DNA of 64,000 bases from Clostridium sp. CAG:1000 (GCA_000436975.1 HG000341.1:1535-65534); one strand, 5' to 3'. Positions 9,715-19,150 are shown, counted from the stretch's first letter. Translations and numbers: made by a program. Notes: generated by a model from the letters alone, not told the origin.

Positions 9715-10518
9715 TTATTTTTTCATATGTATATCCATTTGAGGATATGGGATTTCAATTTTATTTTTATCTAATGTTTCTTTGATTAATTCAATAATAT
9801 CATAATATGCTATCCAATAATCCTTAGTATTTACCCATGCTCTAAAAATAAATATTAAGGACGAATCTGCCATTTCTTTTAATCTAATATTGATATCTTT
9901 ATCTTTTAATATTAAATCATAATTATTAGCAATATCTGATAAAACTTCTTTTACTTTCTTAATATCTGAATCATATGATACCGAAACATTAATATCAAGC
10001 ATTCTAAATTTATTCATTGTATAATTAGTTATTTCACTATTTGATAAATTACCATTAGGAAGTTGCAACACTTTATTATCTATACTAATTAAACATGTAT
10101 AAAACATTGTGATACTTTTAACTGTTCCTTCATAATTATTTGATTTAATATAATCTCCTACTTTAAAAGGTTTAAATATTAATATCATAAGTCCACCTGC
10201 TAAGTTTGAAAGCCCACCTTGTAAAGCAAGACCTACTGCCAAAGCACATGAACCAAATAATGTAACTATAGTTGCTGATGGTACACCTAAATTAGTTAAT
10301 GCCATAATACATAATAATACTTTTAATCCTATAATTATAAAACTAACTATAAAACTTTTAACACTTGGATCTAATTTAGAAAACTTATGTTCTTTTTTAA
10401 ATGATTTTTCAAGCATTCCTACTATCTTAAAACCAACAACAAGTATTAATAAAGATACTATTAAATCAATTAAAAAGTCAGTTCCTCCACTAGTTATTTT
10501 TTCAAAAAACTTTTCCAT
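9715..10518 (-). CDS. small-conductance mechanosensitive channel (MscS family)
   Basis: Three transmembrane segments plus the MscS beta-domain signature (FKPFKVGDYI...GTVKSI...LQLPNGNLSNSEITN). GGAGG lies 5 nt before the ATG at 10518. Confidence 0.85.
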   Translation of the reverse strand: MEKFFEKITSGGTDFLIDLIVSLLILVVGFKIVGMLEKSFKKEHKFSKLDPSVKSFIVSFIIIGLKVLLCIMALTNLGVPSATIVTLFGSCALAVGLALQGGLSNLAGGLMILIFKPFKVGDYIKSNNYEGTVKSITMFYTCLISIDNKVLQLPNGNLSNSEITNYTMNKFRMLDINVSVSYDSDIKKVKEVLSDIANNYDLILKDKDINIRLKEMADSSLIFIFRAWVNTKDYWIAYYDIIELIKETLDKNKIEIPYPQMDIHMKK

Positions 10519-10560
10519 ATCTACCTCCATAATAAAATTATATCATAAGATAATTTAATT

Positions 10561-10586
10561 AAAAAGAAAAAGTCACATGGTGACTT
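10561..10586 (-). terminator. intrinsic terminator after rpmF
   Basis: Reverse strand AAGTCAC-CAT-GTGACTT followed by a T-rich run. The stem overlaps the stop codon. Confidence 0.65.
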
Positions 10587-10797
10587 ATTTAGTTTCTTCT
10601 TTAACTTTTATAGCAGCTTTACCTTTATAGTATCCACACTTAGTACAAGCTCTATGTGGTGCTAAAACATTTCCACAATTACTACAAGTAGCAACAGTTG
10701 GAGCAGTTTTCTTTAAATGAGTTCTTCTTTGTCTTTTAGCAGTCTTACTAATTCTTCTAAAAGGTAATGCACCAAATAAAGTAATATTTAATTTCAT
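10585..10797 (-). CDS. rpmF: 50S ribosomal protein L32 with a 9-residue N-terminal extension
   Basis: ALPFRRISKTAKRQRRTH...CxxC...CxxC is the L32 core. AAGGAGG lies 7 nt before the ATG at 10797, so MKLNITLFG appears to be translated. Confidence 0.9.
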   Translation of the reverse strand: MKLNITLFGALPFRRISKTAKRQRRTHLKKTAPTVATCSNCGNVLAPHRACTKCGYYKGKAAIKVKEETK

Positions 10798-10956
10798 TTT
10801 TATTCCTCCTTATTATCAAGATCAATCAATACTATCTCTTCGCTCTAACATTTTCCCACAAAATAGAAAAAATATCAAGTAAAATCTTGTATTTTGTATT
10901 AAAAATTGAATATTTTGTATATTTTTGCTATAATTTCATTGATAAAAGGAGAAGTC

Positions 10957-12111
10957 ATGAAGAAAGTTATTGGTATAATCGCAGAATATAATCCATTTCA
11001 TAATGGTCATATTTATCAAATTAAAAAAATAAAAGAAAATTATCCAAATTCTATTATAATTGTATGTACTTCATCATCTTTTACTCAAAGAGGAGAACTA
11101 TCAATATTAAATAAATGGGAAAAGACAAAAGTATCTTTATTAAATGGAGTTGATATAGTAATAGAACTTCCATATGTATACTCTACTCAAAGTAGTGATA
11201 CATTTGCTAAATATGGAGTTTCATTATTAGAAAAATTTCATATAAATTATTTATGTTTCGGAAGTGAAAGCAACGATACTACTAAATTATTAGATGCTGC
11301 TAAAACACAAATAAATAATATTGAATTTGATAATAAAGTTAAATTTTATATGAAAGAGGGATATAATTACCCTACTTCTCTTAATAACGCTTTAAAAGAA
11401 TTAATAAATTATGATATTAAAGAGCCAAATGATCTATTGGCAATCAGTTACATAAAAGAAATAATAAATAATAACTATAATATAGAAGTATTTAATATAA
11501 AAAGAACAAATAGTTATCATGATTTAGACCTAGACAATAAAATAGTTTCAGCATCAAATATAAGAAATAAATTATTAGAAAATAAAAATATAAAAGACAA
11601 GGTACCTAAAGAAACATATGATATTTTAAAAAATAAAAGTTTAGAAAATAAATATTTTGAATTTTTAAAATATAAAATTATATCTGAAACTGATTTAGAA
11701 AAATATGTTGATGTAGATGAGGGATTAAATGTTAGAATAAAAAAGTATATTAATAAATCAAAATCACTTGATGAGCTTATAATGAATATTAAGACTAAAA
11801 GATATACATATAACAGAATATCAAGAATGTTAAACCATATACTTTGCTCTTTTACTAAAGAAGAGAATGACAAAATAAAAAAATTAGAATATATTAGAAT
11901 ACTAGGATTCAATGAAAATGGTAGAACTTATCTAAATGAAATTAAAGATAGTATTGAACTACCTATTTTGAATAAATATGATACTAAAAAATATAAAGCT
12001 TTAGAAATAGAAAAAAGAGTCACAGATATATATTCAAATATTTATGATAATATTATAGATCAAGAAATTAAAAACAAACCAATTTATATTAAAAATAATT
12101 TATCAAAATAA
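10957..12111 (+). CDS. tmcAL: tRNA(Met) cytidine acetate ligase (YlbM/UPF0348 nucleotidyltransferase)
   Basis: GIIAEYNPFHNGHIYQI HIGH-like motif and YlbM-like length. The start is set at MKKVIG after AAAGGAGAAG. Confidence 0.8.
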   Translation: MKKVIGIIAEYNPFHNGHIYQIKKIKENYPNSIIIVCTSSSFTQRGELSILNKWEKTKVSLLNGVDIVIELPYVYSTQSSDTFAKYGVSLLEKFHINYLCFGSESNDTTKLLDAAKTQINNIEFDNKVKFYMKEGYNYPTSLNNALKELINYDIKEPNDLLAISYIKEIINNNYNIEVFNIKRTNSYHDLDLDNKIVSASNIRNKLLENKNIKDKVPKETYDILKNKSLENKYFEFLKYKIISETDLEKYVDVDEGLNVRIKKYINKSKSLDELIMNIKTKRYTYNRISRMLNHILCSFTKEENDKIKKLEYIRILGFNENGRTYLNEIKDSIELPILNKYDTKKYKALEIEKRVTDIYSNIYDNIIDQEIKNKPIYIKNNLSK

Positions 12112-12136
12112 AAAGTTCCATTAAGGAACTTTTTAA
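12110..12136. terminator. bidirectional hairpin between convergent tmcAL and glyQS
   Basis: AAAGTTCC-loop-GGAACTTT is flanked by A and T runs on either side. Confidence 0.6.
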
Positions 12137-13506
12137 AATCTTACTTTATCTTCAATATAACTTACTAAATCATCTAAGTTTATTACTTCTTGTTTCATAG
12201 TATCTCTATCTCTTACTGTTACTGTGTTATTATTAATAGTTTCATCATCAACAGTTATACAAAATGGAGTACCTATAACATCTTCTCTTCTATATCTTTT
12301 ACCTATTGATGCTGTATCATCATAAGTACACATAAAATTCTTTGATAATTTTTCATATACTTCGTTTGCTTTTTCACTATGATATTTTTTTACAAGTGGA
12401 AGCACTGCTACTTTATATGGCGCTAAATAAGTAGGTAATTTTAACACTTCTCTTTCTTCACCATTATCTAGTACTTCTTTATGATAATGTTCAAATAGCA
12501 CTGCTAAAACTGTCCTATCAAGTCCATATGTTGATTCAATAATATAAGGAATAAATTTCTCATTAGTAACTGGATCTAAATATCTTTGTTGTATTCCACT
12601 ATATTCTTCATGTCTTGATAAATCATAATCAGTTCTATTATGAGTACCATTTATTTCGCCCCATCCGAATGGAAACTTATACTCTATATCACAAGCTTCT
12701 TTAGCGTAATGAGCAAGTTTCTCATGATCATGGAATCTTAATTTATCTTCACTAAGTCCTAAATACATAAAGAATTTCTTACCATAATCTTTAAAGTATT
12801 CATATAATTTACTATCTTCTCCTTTTTTACAAAAAGTTTGATATTCCATTTGTTCAAATTCAATAGTTCTAAATGTAAAGTTACCTGGCGTAATTTCATT
12901 TCTAAATGCTTTACCTATTTGTCCAATACTAAATGGTAATTTACATCTCATACTTCTTTGTACATTTAAAAAGTTAACATATTCACCTTGAGCATTTTCT
13001 GGCCTTAAATAAACAACTGACTTATTATCTTTAACTACTCCTCTATAAGTTTCAAACATAAGTTTAAATTGTCTAATATCGGTAAAATCACATTTACCAC
13101 ATTTAGGACATGGTATATTATTATCTTTAATATATTTTATTAATTCTTCATTAGATAATGTATCTCCAATACTTGTATGCGTATAATCATTTACTAGATT
13201 ATCTGCTCTATGACGTGTCTTACAGTTCTTACAGTCTGTTAATGGATCTGCAAAAGAATCTACATGTCCACTAGCCTCCCATACTCTCGGATGCATTAAT
13301 ATATCAGCATCTAATTCATATGCATTACTTCTTTCTTGAATAAATTTTTTTCTCCATGCATCTTTAATATTATTTTTAAGTCTACTTCCTAATGGTCCAT
13401 AATCCCAAGTATTCGCAAGTCCTCCATATATTTCACTTCCTTGAAATATAAATCCATAGTTTTTACAGAAGTTTGTTAATTCTTCCATAGTAATTTCTTT
13501 TTCCAT
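12133..13506 (-). CDS. glyQS: glycine--tRNA ligase (alpha2 type)
   Basis: Full-length class II GlyRS (YGGLANTWDYGPLG, FRNEITPGNFTFRTIEFEQME). AAGGAGGA lies before the ATG at 13506. The ORF-track N-terminus (MDPYVV...) runs into the T-box leader. Confidence 0.95.
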   Translation of the reverse strand: MEKEITMEELTNFCKNYGFIFQGSEIYGGLANTWDYGPLGSRLKNNIKDAWRKKFIQERSNAYELDADILMHPRVWEASGHVDSFADPLTDCKNCKTRHRADNLVNDYTHTSIGDTLSNEELIKYIKDNNIPCPKCGKCDFTDIRQFKLMFETYRGVVKDNKSVVYLRPENAQGEYVNFLNVQRSMRCKLPFSIGQIGKAFRNEITPGNFTFRTIEFEQMEYQTFCKKGEDSKLYEYFKDYGKKFFMYLGLSEDKLRFHDHEKLAHYAKEACDIEYKFPFGWGEINGTHNRTDYDLSRHEEYSGIQQRYLDPVTNEKFIPYIIESTYGLDRTVLAVLFEHYHKEVLDNGEEREVLKLPTYLAPYKVAVLPLVKKYHSEKANEVYEKLSKNFMCTYDDTASIGKRYRREDVIGTPFCITVDDETINNNTVTVRDRDTMKQEVINLDDLVSYIEDKVRF

Positions 13507-13640
13507 TTTATCCTCCTTAAAATAAAAAACTCCTAAAACAACATAAGGGTCCATATGGACGGTTCCACCTTATTTATTCTAGAAGAATCACTCTTTTTTT
13601 ATAGCCTCGGTATTTTACCATCATACCTTCATCGCTTGAT
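13507..13640 (-). promoter_or_regulatory. T-box riboswitch leader, glycine-specific, with a very short Stem I
   Basis: The T-box sequence AAUAAGGUGGAACCGUCC folds as an antiterminator. Helix A1 is AUAAGG/CCUUAU, the 7-nt bulge is UGGAACC, and helix A2 is GUCC/GGAC. A competing helix ACCCUUA/UAGGAGU is followed by U6AU4. A GA/K-turn-like AGCGAUGA...GAGGCU lies upstream with Gly codons GGU and GGC. Confidence 0.8.
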
Positions 13641-13646
13641 AAATAG

Positions 13647-13675
13647 ATTATAACACTAAATTATATATTTTTCAA
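13647..13675 (-). promoter_or_regulatory. glyQS promoter (TTGAAA-17-TATAAT)
   Basis: Read on the reverse strand: TTGAAA, a 17-nt spacer, then TATAAT (13652-13647). Confidence 0.6.
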
Positions 13676-15727
13676 TTATTTTATTTTAAGTATTTTATTT
13701 TTCATATTTCTTTTTGGATTTTCATAATCTCTTTCTCTAACATCACATTGATCAAAAATCATTGGTTCAGTTTCAATATATTGAATGTCCCCATTATCAT
13801 CATACCAAATAGTTACAAAATAATCTCCCATTAAATTAGGTATTTCATTTTTCATCATAAATCTAGATTGATCAACATTGCATGGGCAAAGTAACATATG
13901 AATATTCCTATAAAGCATATAGTATACTTTATGATAATGTCCTCTTAATGATAAATTAGGTTTAGTATTTGACGGTATTTGATCTATACCATTTTGTGGT
14001 TTAGTTGATAATATTCTAGATGTTCCACCTCCTGGATGAAATAATTCTATTTTACATTTATCAAAGCATACTATTCCTTTATCTTGACCAATATATTCTA
14101 AATCATTTTTTCTTCTTTTTTCTAATTCTTTTCCAAAATCAAATGGTCCATAATTAAATGAATGACTTTCATCATGACTACCACATATAACTTTCCATTT
14201 CATACCTGGGTATTTAGGCAATGTTTTAGCAGCATAATCAACATGAGCAGTTGCTCCATATAAAAATACATGTTTTACATAATCAGGTCTAATAGTATGA
14301 TAATCTCCATCTGATATATCCCCTATATGGAACATATCAGTTATACCTCTATTATATGCTTCGTAACAGAATGTATTTACCATACTTGGTTGAGACCATA
14401 TACTTCCATAATGAGTATCTGATACAACTCCAAATTGTTTCATATGAAGTTCTTCTTTAGGTGGTTTAACTTCATAATGTTTTCTCTTTTGAAAATATTT
14501 TCTTACTACTAATTCACCATCTATATCAACTATATCAATATTTCTTCCATATTGTTGAAGCATATCAATAAGTCCATATAATTCATTACTACTCATATTT
14601 AATCTATCTTTTAACGAATTAAAACTCTCTTCTTTTTTCATCAATCTATATAGTTTATCAAATCTATCAAATAATTTCCTTTCATCCCTAGTTATAGAAC
14701 TCTTATTTTCAATAATATCTAAATCTTCTGAAAGTGATATATCAAGTGGCTTAACAGTTAAATAGTTTTCATTACTTGGAACATAATATGGAGAGAAAAA
14801 ACTTGTAAGCCTTTTTAATTTACCTGTTTTACCAAATGAAAGACCAAATTCATAAGAACCCATAGTATTTTGTTGAGATTTACTTCTCATTTTAGGAGTT
14901 CTTGATACTACTGATGGAATAGCAAATATTCTAGTATCTCTAATCTTAGGGAAATCCTGAGCAGTCAAAGTACCACCTAAAAATATACAATCATAATCTT
15001 CATAACTTGCTAAACTTCTACTATATTTTTGAGGAGGATATGCTATAGTATAAGCTTCTCCTTGTTTTTTTAAATTTTCAAGTCTTAATATTGATTTATT
15101 AATATGGACTGTACAACTCTTAGGACCTAAATAAACCATATCTTCTCTTTTTGATGAAATATATTCACCAACATTTAATTCTTTATTCCATGTGTGATCA
15201 GTGTCCCCTGTTATAAATAATGTTTTAATTCCCTCTACTTTTGGAAAAAATTCTATTAAATGATCACATTGTCCTTCTGCACTATTATATATAAGACTTT
15301 TACCAAAATCATGCTCGGTATTACCGCTGTATTTCCCTTCAAGTAAATTACCTGTTATAAAAACATACTTAACTCCATCTTTTAAAAACTTTCTATAAAT
15401 ATCATTCAATATAGCTATTTGTTCATTTTTAGAACCGAATCTTAAATCAGATATTACTCCTATTTTAATATCATCATTTTCATCTTCAATTCTATATTCA
15501 TTTTCTTTTGTATAATCCGGATGATTATTTATAATAAGTGAAATATCACTTCCTTTATCACTAAAGGTTACATTAATATTTTCATCTTTTAATTGTTTAA
15601 CATATCCAAATAAATCATAATCTGATATATTTAATTCTTCACATAACGAATTAACACTTGAACCTTTAACTAATTTATTTTTTAGTATTTCAAGTATTTC
15701 TGATTCTGATAATATTTCTTTTTCCAT
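13676..15727 (-). CDS. tandem wHTH-like + calcineurin-type metallophosphoesterase protein (two modules; the first looks catalytically degenerate)
   Basis: Module 2 has VVSDTHYGS, HIGDISDGD and ICGSHDESH. Module 1 has the degenerate equivalents VISDLRFGS, ITGNLLEG and ITGDTDHTW. Each module is preceded by a similar HTH-like segment. Confidence 0.6.
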   Translation of the reverse strand: MEKEILSESEILEILKNKLVKGSSVNSLCEELNISDYDLFGYVKQLKDENINVTFSDKGSDISLIINNHPDYTKENEYRIEDENDDIKIGVISDLRFGSKNEQIAILNDIYRKFLKDGVKYVFITGNLLEGKYSGNTEHDFGKSLIYNSAEGQCDHLIEFFPKVEGIKTLFITGDTDHTWNKELNVGEYISSKREDMVYLGPKSCTVHINKSILRLENLKKQGEAYTIAYPPQKYSRSLASYEDYDCIFLGGTLTAQDFPKIRDTRIFAIPSVVSRTPKMRSKSQQNTMGSYEFGLSFGKTGKLKRLTSFFSPYYVPSNENYLTVKPLDISLSEDLDIIENKSSITRDERKLFDRFDKLYRLMKKEESFNSLKDRLNMSSNELYGLIDMLQQYGRNIDIVDIDGELVVRKYFQKRKHYEVKPPKEELHMKQFGVVSDTHYGSIWSQPSMVNTFCYEAYNRGITDMFHIGDISDGDYHTIRPDYVKHVFLYGATAHVDYAAKTLPKYPGMKWKVICGSHDESHSFNYGPFDFGKELEKRRKNDLEYIGQDKGIVCFDKCKIELFHPGGGTSRILSTKPQNGIDQIPSNTKPNLSLRGHYHKVYYMLYRNIHMLLCPCNVDQSRFMMKNEIPNLMGDYFVTIWYDDNGDIQYIETEPMIFDQCDVRERDYENPKRNMKNKILKIK

Positions 15728-15741
15728 AAAAGTCCTCCTCT

Positions 15742-15778
15742 AAAAATAAGGAAATCAAAAAAATTTAATTTCCTTATT
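15742..15778 (-). terminator. strong hairpin downstream of rnhB, ending 5 nt before the SD of the next gene
   Basis: Reverse strand AATAAGGAAAT-12 nt loop-ATTTCCTTATT, then TTTAGAGGAGG. Confidence 0.5.
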
Positions 15779-15852
15779 TATTCTCCTATCATATTAAGAA
15801 TACAATAATAAAATTTAAAAATCAATATATAAAAACAAAATAAAAAAAGTTT

Positions 15853-16461
15853 TTACTTTTTATTAGTAAGTTCACTTACTGGGGCAAAACTTTTTCTGTG
15901 TTCTTTTAATGGACCATACTTATATAATGCTTCTATGTGTTTTTTAGTTCCATATCCTTTATTATGTTTAAAATCATACATGGGATACTTTTTATCAAGT
16001 TCAACCATCATTCTATCTCTTGTTACTTTTGCTATTATAGAAGCAGAGGCTATACTTTGACTTTTAGCATCTCCTTTTATTATTGATGTTTGTGGTATAT
16101 CTATATCTAATTTTACTGCATCAATTAATAAATGTTCTGGCTTGATACTTAAATTATTTATAGCTTCTATCATCGCTTTTTTAGTAGCATTTAGTATATT
16201 TATTTCATCTATCACCTCAGGTGATGATATGCCTATTCCTACACTAAGAGCATTTTCCATTATAACATCATATAATAATTCTCTTTTTTTCTCAGTTAAT
16301 TTCTTAGAATCATTAATTCTTTCGTCATAAAAATCCTTTGGTAATATTACAGCTGCTGTAACAACAGGTCCAACTAAAGGACCACGTCCTACTTCATCTA
16401 TACCTGCTATAAAATTAATTTTATTATTATAAAGTTCATTTTCAAATTCTTTCATAAACAC
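15853..16461 (-). CDS. rnhB: ribonuclease HII
   Basis: [27 protein letters not shown] and [10 protein letters not shown] motifs. Confidence 0.93.
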   Translation of the reverse strand: MFMKEFENELYNNKINFIAGIDEVGRGPLVGPVVTAAVILPKDFYDERINDSKKLTEKKRELLYDVIMENALSVGIGISSPEVIDEINILNATKKAMIEAINNLSIKPEHLLIDAVKLDIDIPQTSIIKGDAKSQSIASASIIAKVTRDRMMVELDKKYPMYDFKHNKGYGTKKHIEALYKYGPLKEHRKSFAPVSELTNKK

Positions 16462-17295
16462 CTACTTAATCGTATCAACATAATTAGTTGCTTTATTTCT
16501 ATATGATTCAAATATCTTTCTTTTAATTCTAGTCTTATCACTACTTCCAAACCCGAAAACATAGTCATCTCCAATAACAGTTAGTGGGTATCCTATTCTT
16601 TGCACTTTAAAATGTTTTAATGAAGACATAAACAAATCATATTTATCTGTATATTCATAACTTACAAGTTCAAATATATTACTATAGTCATTTAATAATT
16701 CTTTCATATAAGCACTTTCCTCTATACAGTGAGGACAATCCTTTTGTTTAAACATATATACCATAATCTTAGGATTATTATACTCAAATGTATATGTTTT
16801 TTTATTTGGAATAAAGTTTTTCTCCATTTTAGCATTTTCATTAGAAATACTAATATTATATTTTGAAACAAACATTTCATCTATAATATATTTTTTATAT
16901 ATTTCATATTCTTTATCTTCAACTAAATATTTTTCAATATCTTTTCCATCTATTAAAACATTATTTTTAGAAGGAACTAATAATTCTATATTATTAACTA
17001 CTCCACTATTAAATTTAAGTTTATAATTGTTAAAAATAAATAATTTTTTAGATGCATTTATTACACTTACATTATCTTTATTTTTTTTATATATTTCTTT
17101 AAACTTATCAATAGACATTATATTACTATCTTTAAAATCAAATAAATTATATAGTCTTTCATAGTTATTACTCTTACTAAAATGATTATATTTATTTAAT
17201 AAATATTTCTCACTACTCAAATAAAATAAACTTAATATTAGTACTAATATAATTATTAATGGTATATATTTAACTCTCTTCATACTTTTCACCAT
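16462..17295 (-). CDS. membrane-anchored thioredoxin-fold protein (CPHC motif)
   Basis: N-terminal transmembrane segment, and a C-terminal KQKDCPHCIEE CxxC motif in a thioredoxin-like context. Confidence 0.45.
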   Translation of the reverse strand: MVKSMKRVKYIPLIIILVLILSLFYLSSEKYLLNKYNHFSKSNNYERLYNLFDFKDSNIMSIDKFKEIYKKNKDNVSVINASKKLFIFNNYKLKFNSGVVNNIELLVPSKNNVLIDGKDIEKYLVEDKEYEIYKKYIIDEMFVSKYNISISNENAKMEKNFIPNKKTYTFEYNNPKIMVYMFKQKDCPHCIEESAYMKELLNDYSNIFELVSYEYTDKYDLFMSSLKHFKVQRIGYPLTVIGDDYVFGFGSSDKTRIKRKIFESYRNKATNYVDTIK

Positions 17296-17386
17296 ACAAA
17301 TTATAACATTTTAAATTAATAAATGTAAACCATTAAACATTCTATTGATATCAAAATAAATGTATGATAATCTTAAAGAGGTGAAA

Positions 17387-18004
17387 ATGATGGAAAACAA
17401 TAATTGTAAAAAATATATGAAAATATTTGGAAAAGATAGATTTAGTGTAAAATTTGGAAACTTTCTTCTTTTATTTTCAACGATTTTATTTATATTAAAT
17501 TTGATAATTTGTTTTTGTGGGGATGTTGAAATTTTGTATATATATTTTTTTGGACCTATATTTTTATTCATTATGGGATTACTTCTAGGAAACTTTTTTA
17601 AACCAAAACCAGATGATACAAATATCTTTATTAGAAACGATAATCATCTTTATTTTATAAATAGCAATAATATAACTATTCCAGATGAATTAAAATCAGC
17701 AAGACGTGCCATGACATATAATGCTCCAAAAGAAATATCAGGAGTATATAGTCTTATCGGATTAATAGAACAACGTAAAAAAATAAAAGAATTATATAAG
17801 TATTTAAGTCAGCATGATTTCAATGAGCCAAGATATTTAGATCGAATTGGTTGTATTATTAAAACACAAATAGTAAGTGAAACTAAAACACATATAAAGG
17901 TATGGCTTATGTTTGAAAAATTAAAGCCAAAAAAAGTAACAATATATAATAATTATAATGATTATCAAGAATTAGTTTCATTATTAAAAAATATGTCACA
18001 CTAA
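17387..18004 (+). CDS. hypothetical membrane protein
   Basis: ORF with two N-terminal hydrophobic segments. A GAGGTG SD lies before the ATGATG at 17387/17390. Confidence 0.45.
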   Translation: MMENNNCKKYMKIFGKDRFSVKFGNFLLLFSTILFILNLIICFCGDVEILYIYFFGPIFLFIMGLLLGNFFKPKPDDTNIFIRNDNHLYFINSNNITIPDELKSARRAMTYNAPKEISGVYSLIGLIEQRKKIKELYKYLSQHDFNEPRYLDRIGCIIKTQIVSETKTHIKVWLMFEKLKPKKVTIYNNYNDYQELVSLLKNMSH

Positions 18005-18050
18005 TAGACATATTTTTTTATTATCTTTATAAATTAAATACTATAATTCA

Positions 18051-19133
18051 TTATTTTATATTATCACTTATATTAAGAATTATACCAATAGATATCATAC
18101 TTACTAGTAAAGATGAACCACCATAACTTATAAAAGGTAATGTAACTCCTGTTATAGGTACTAATCCTACTACTACTGATAGATTTAATAGAGTTTGAAA
18201 AACAAGTAAGAAAAGGAGTCCAAATATTAAATATTTACCAAATAAATCATTACATCTTATTGCAAGTTTAGTTATATTATAATAAAGAATTATAAACAAT
18301 GATATAACTACTAAAGCACCTATAAAGCCAAACTCTTCTGTTATAATTGAGAATATAAAATCAGTTTGGGGTTCTGGTAAATAAAAATGTTTCTGTCTTG
18401 AACCTAAAAAACCAAATCCTAAGAGTCCTCCTGGCCCAATCGCATATAAACTTTGTATCATTTGAAATCCACTACCGAGTGGATCTGACCATGGATTTAA
18501 AAATGAAGTGATTCTACTTAATCTATATGGTGCTATTAATATAAGTACTACTATTCCAATAACACCAGCAATGCCAATTTTAACAAATATAGATATATCT
18601 GTACCTGATATGAATATTAATCCAATTAAAGAAATTACAATAACCATACCAGTACCAAAATCAGGTTCTAGCATAATGAGTCCAAATAATGTTAAAATAA
18701 CTCCTAAAATTGGTAATATAAATTTAAATGTATTTCTCTTTAGCTTATCATTATTTGACAAATATTTTGCCGTAAAAATAATAATAGCAAGTTTTGAAAG
18801 TTCACTTGGTTGAAAACCTAATCCAAAAAGACCAAACCAACTCCTGCTTCCATTTCTAACACTACCTATTCCAGGTATTAAAACTAATAAAAGTAACAAA
18901 AAACAAATACCTAAAAAAGTATTTGCTTTTCTTTTGTAAATATTATAATCTATTTTTCTAAATATTTTCATTAAGAATATACCAATGATTAAAAATATCA
19001 TTTGAGATATTACATATTTATATGGGTTATTATATTTATATTCTGCCCATATATAACTACTTGAATATATCATAATAATACCAATTATTGATAATAAAAG
19101 AGTACTAGCAATAACAATTTTATTTGTCTTTAT
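18051..19133 (-). CDS. ftsW: SEDS-family peptidoglycan glycosyltransferase FtsW/SpoVE; the start is probably non-ATG, upstream of the 19073 Met
   Basis: FtsW/RodA motifs (QPSELSK, PEPQTDFIFS, PFISYGGSS). The frame stays open to 19139 and encodes TM1 (KIVIASTLLLSIIGIIMIYSSS) before the first ATG. Confidence 0.8.
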   Translation of the reverse strand: MKTNKIVIASTLLLSIIGIIMIYSSSYIWAEYKYNNPYKYVISQMIFLIIGIFLMKIFRKIDYNIYKRKANTFLGICFLLLLLVLIPGIGSVRNGSRSWFGLFGLGFQPSELSKLAIIIFTAKYLSNNDKLKRNTFKFILPILGVILTLFGLIMLEPDFGTGMVIVISLIGLIFISGTDISIFVKIGIAGVIGIVVLILIAPYRLSRITSFLNPWSDPLGSGFQMIQSLYAIGPGGLLGFGFLGSRQKHFYLPEPQTDFIFSIITEEFGFIGALVVISLFIILYYNITKLAIRCNDLFGKYLIFGLLFLLVFQTLLNLSVVVGLVPITGVTLPFISYGGSSLLVSMISIGIILNISDNIK

Positions 19134-19150
19134 GTAGAATCATTCCTTTC

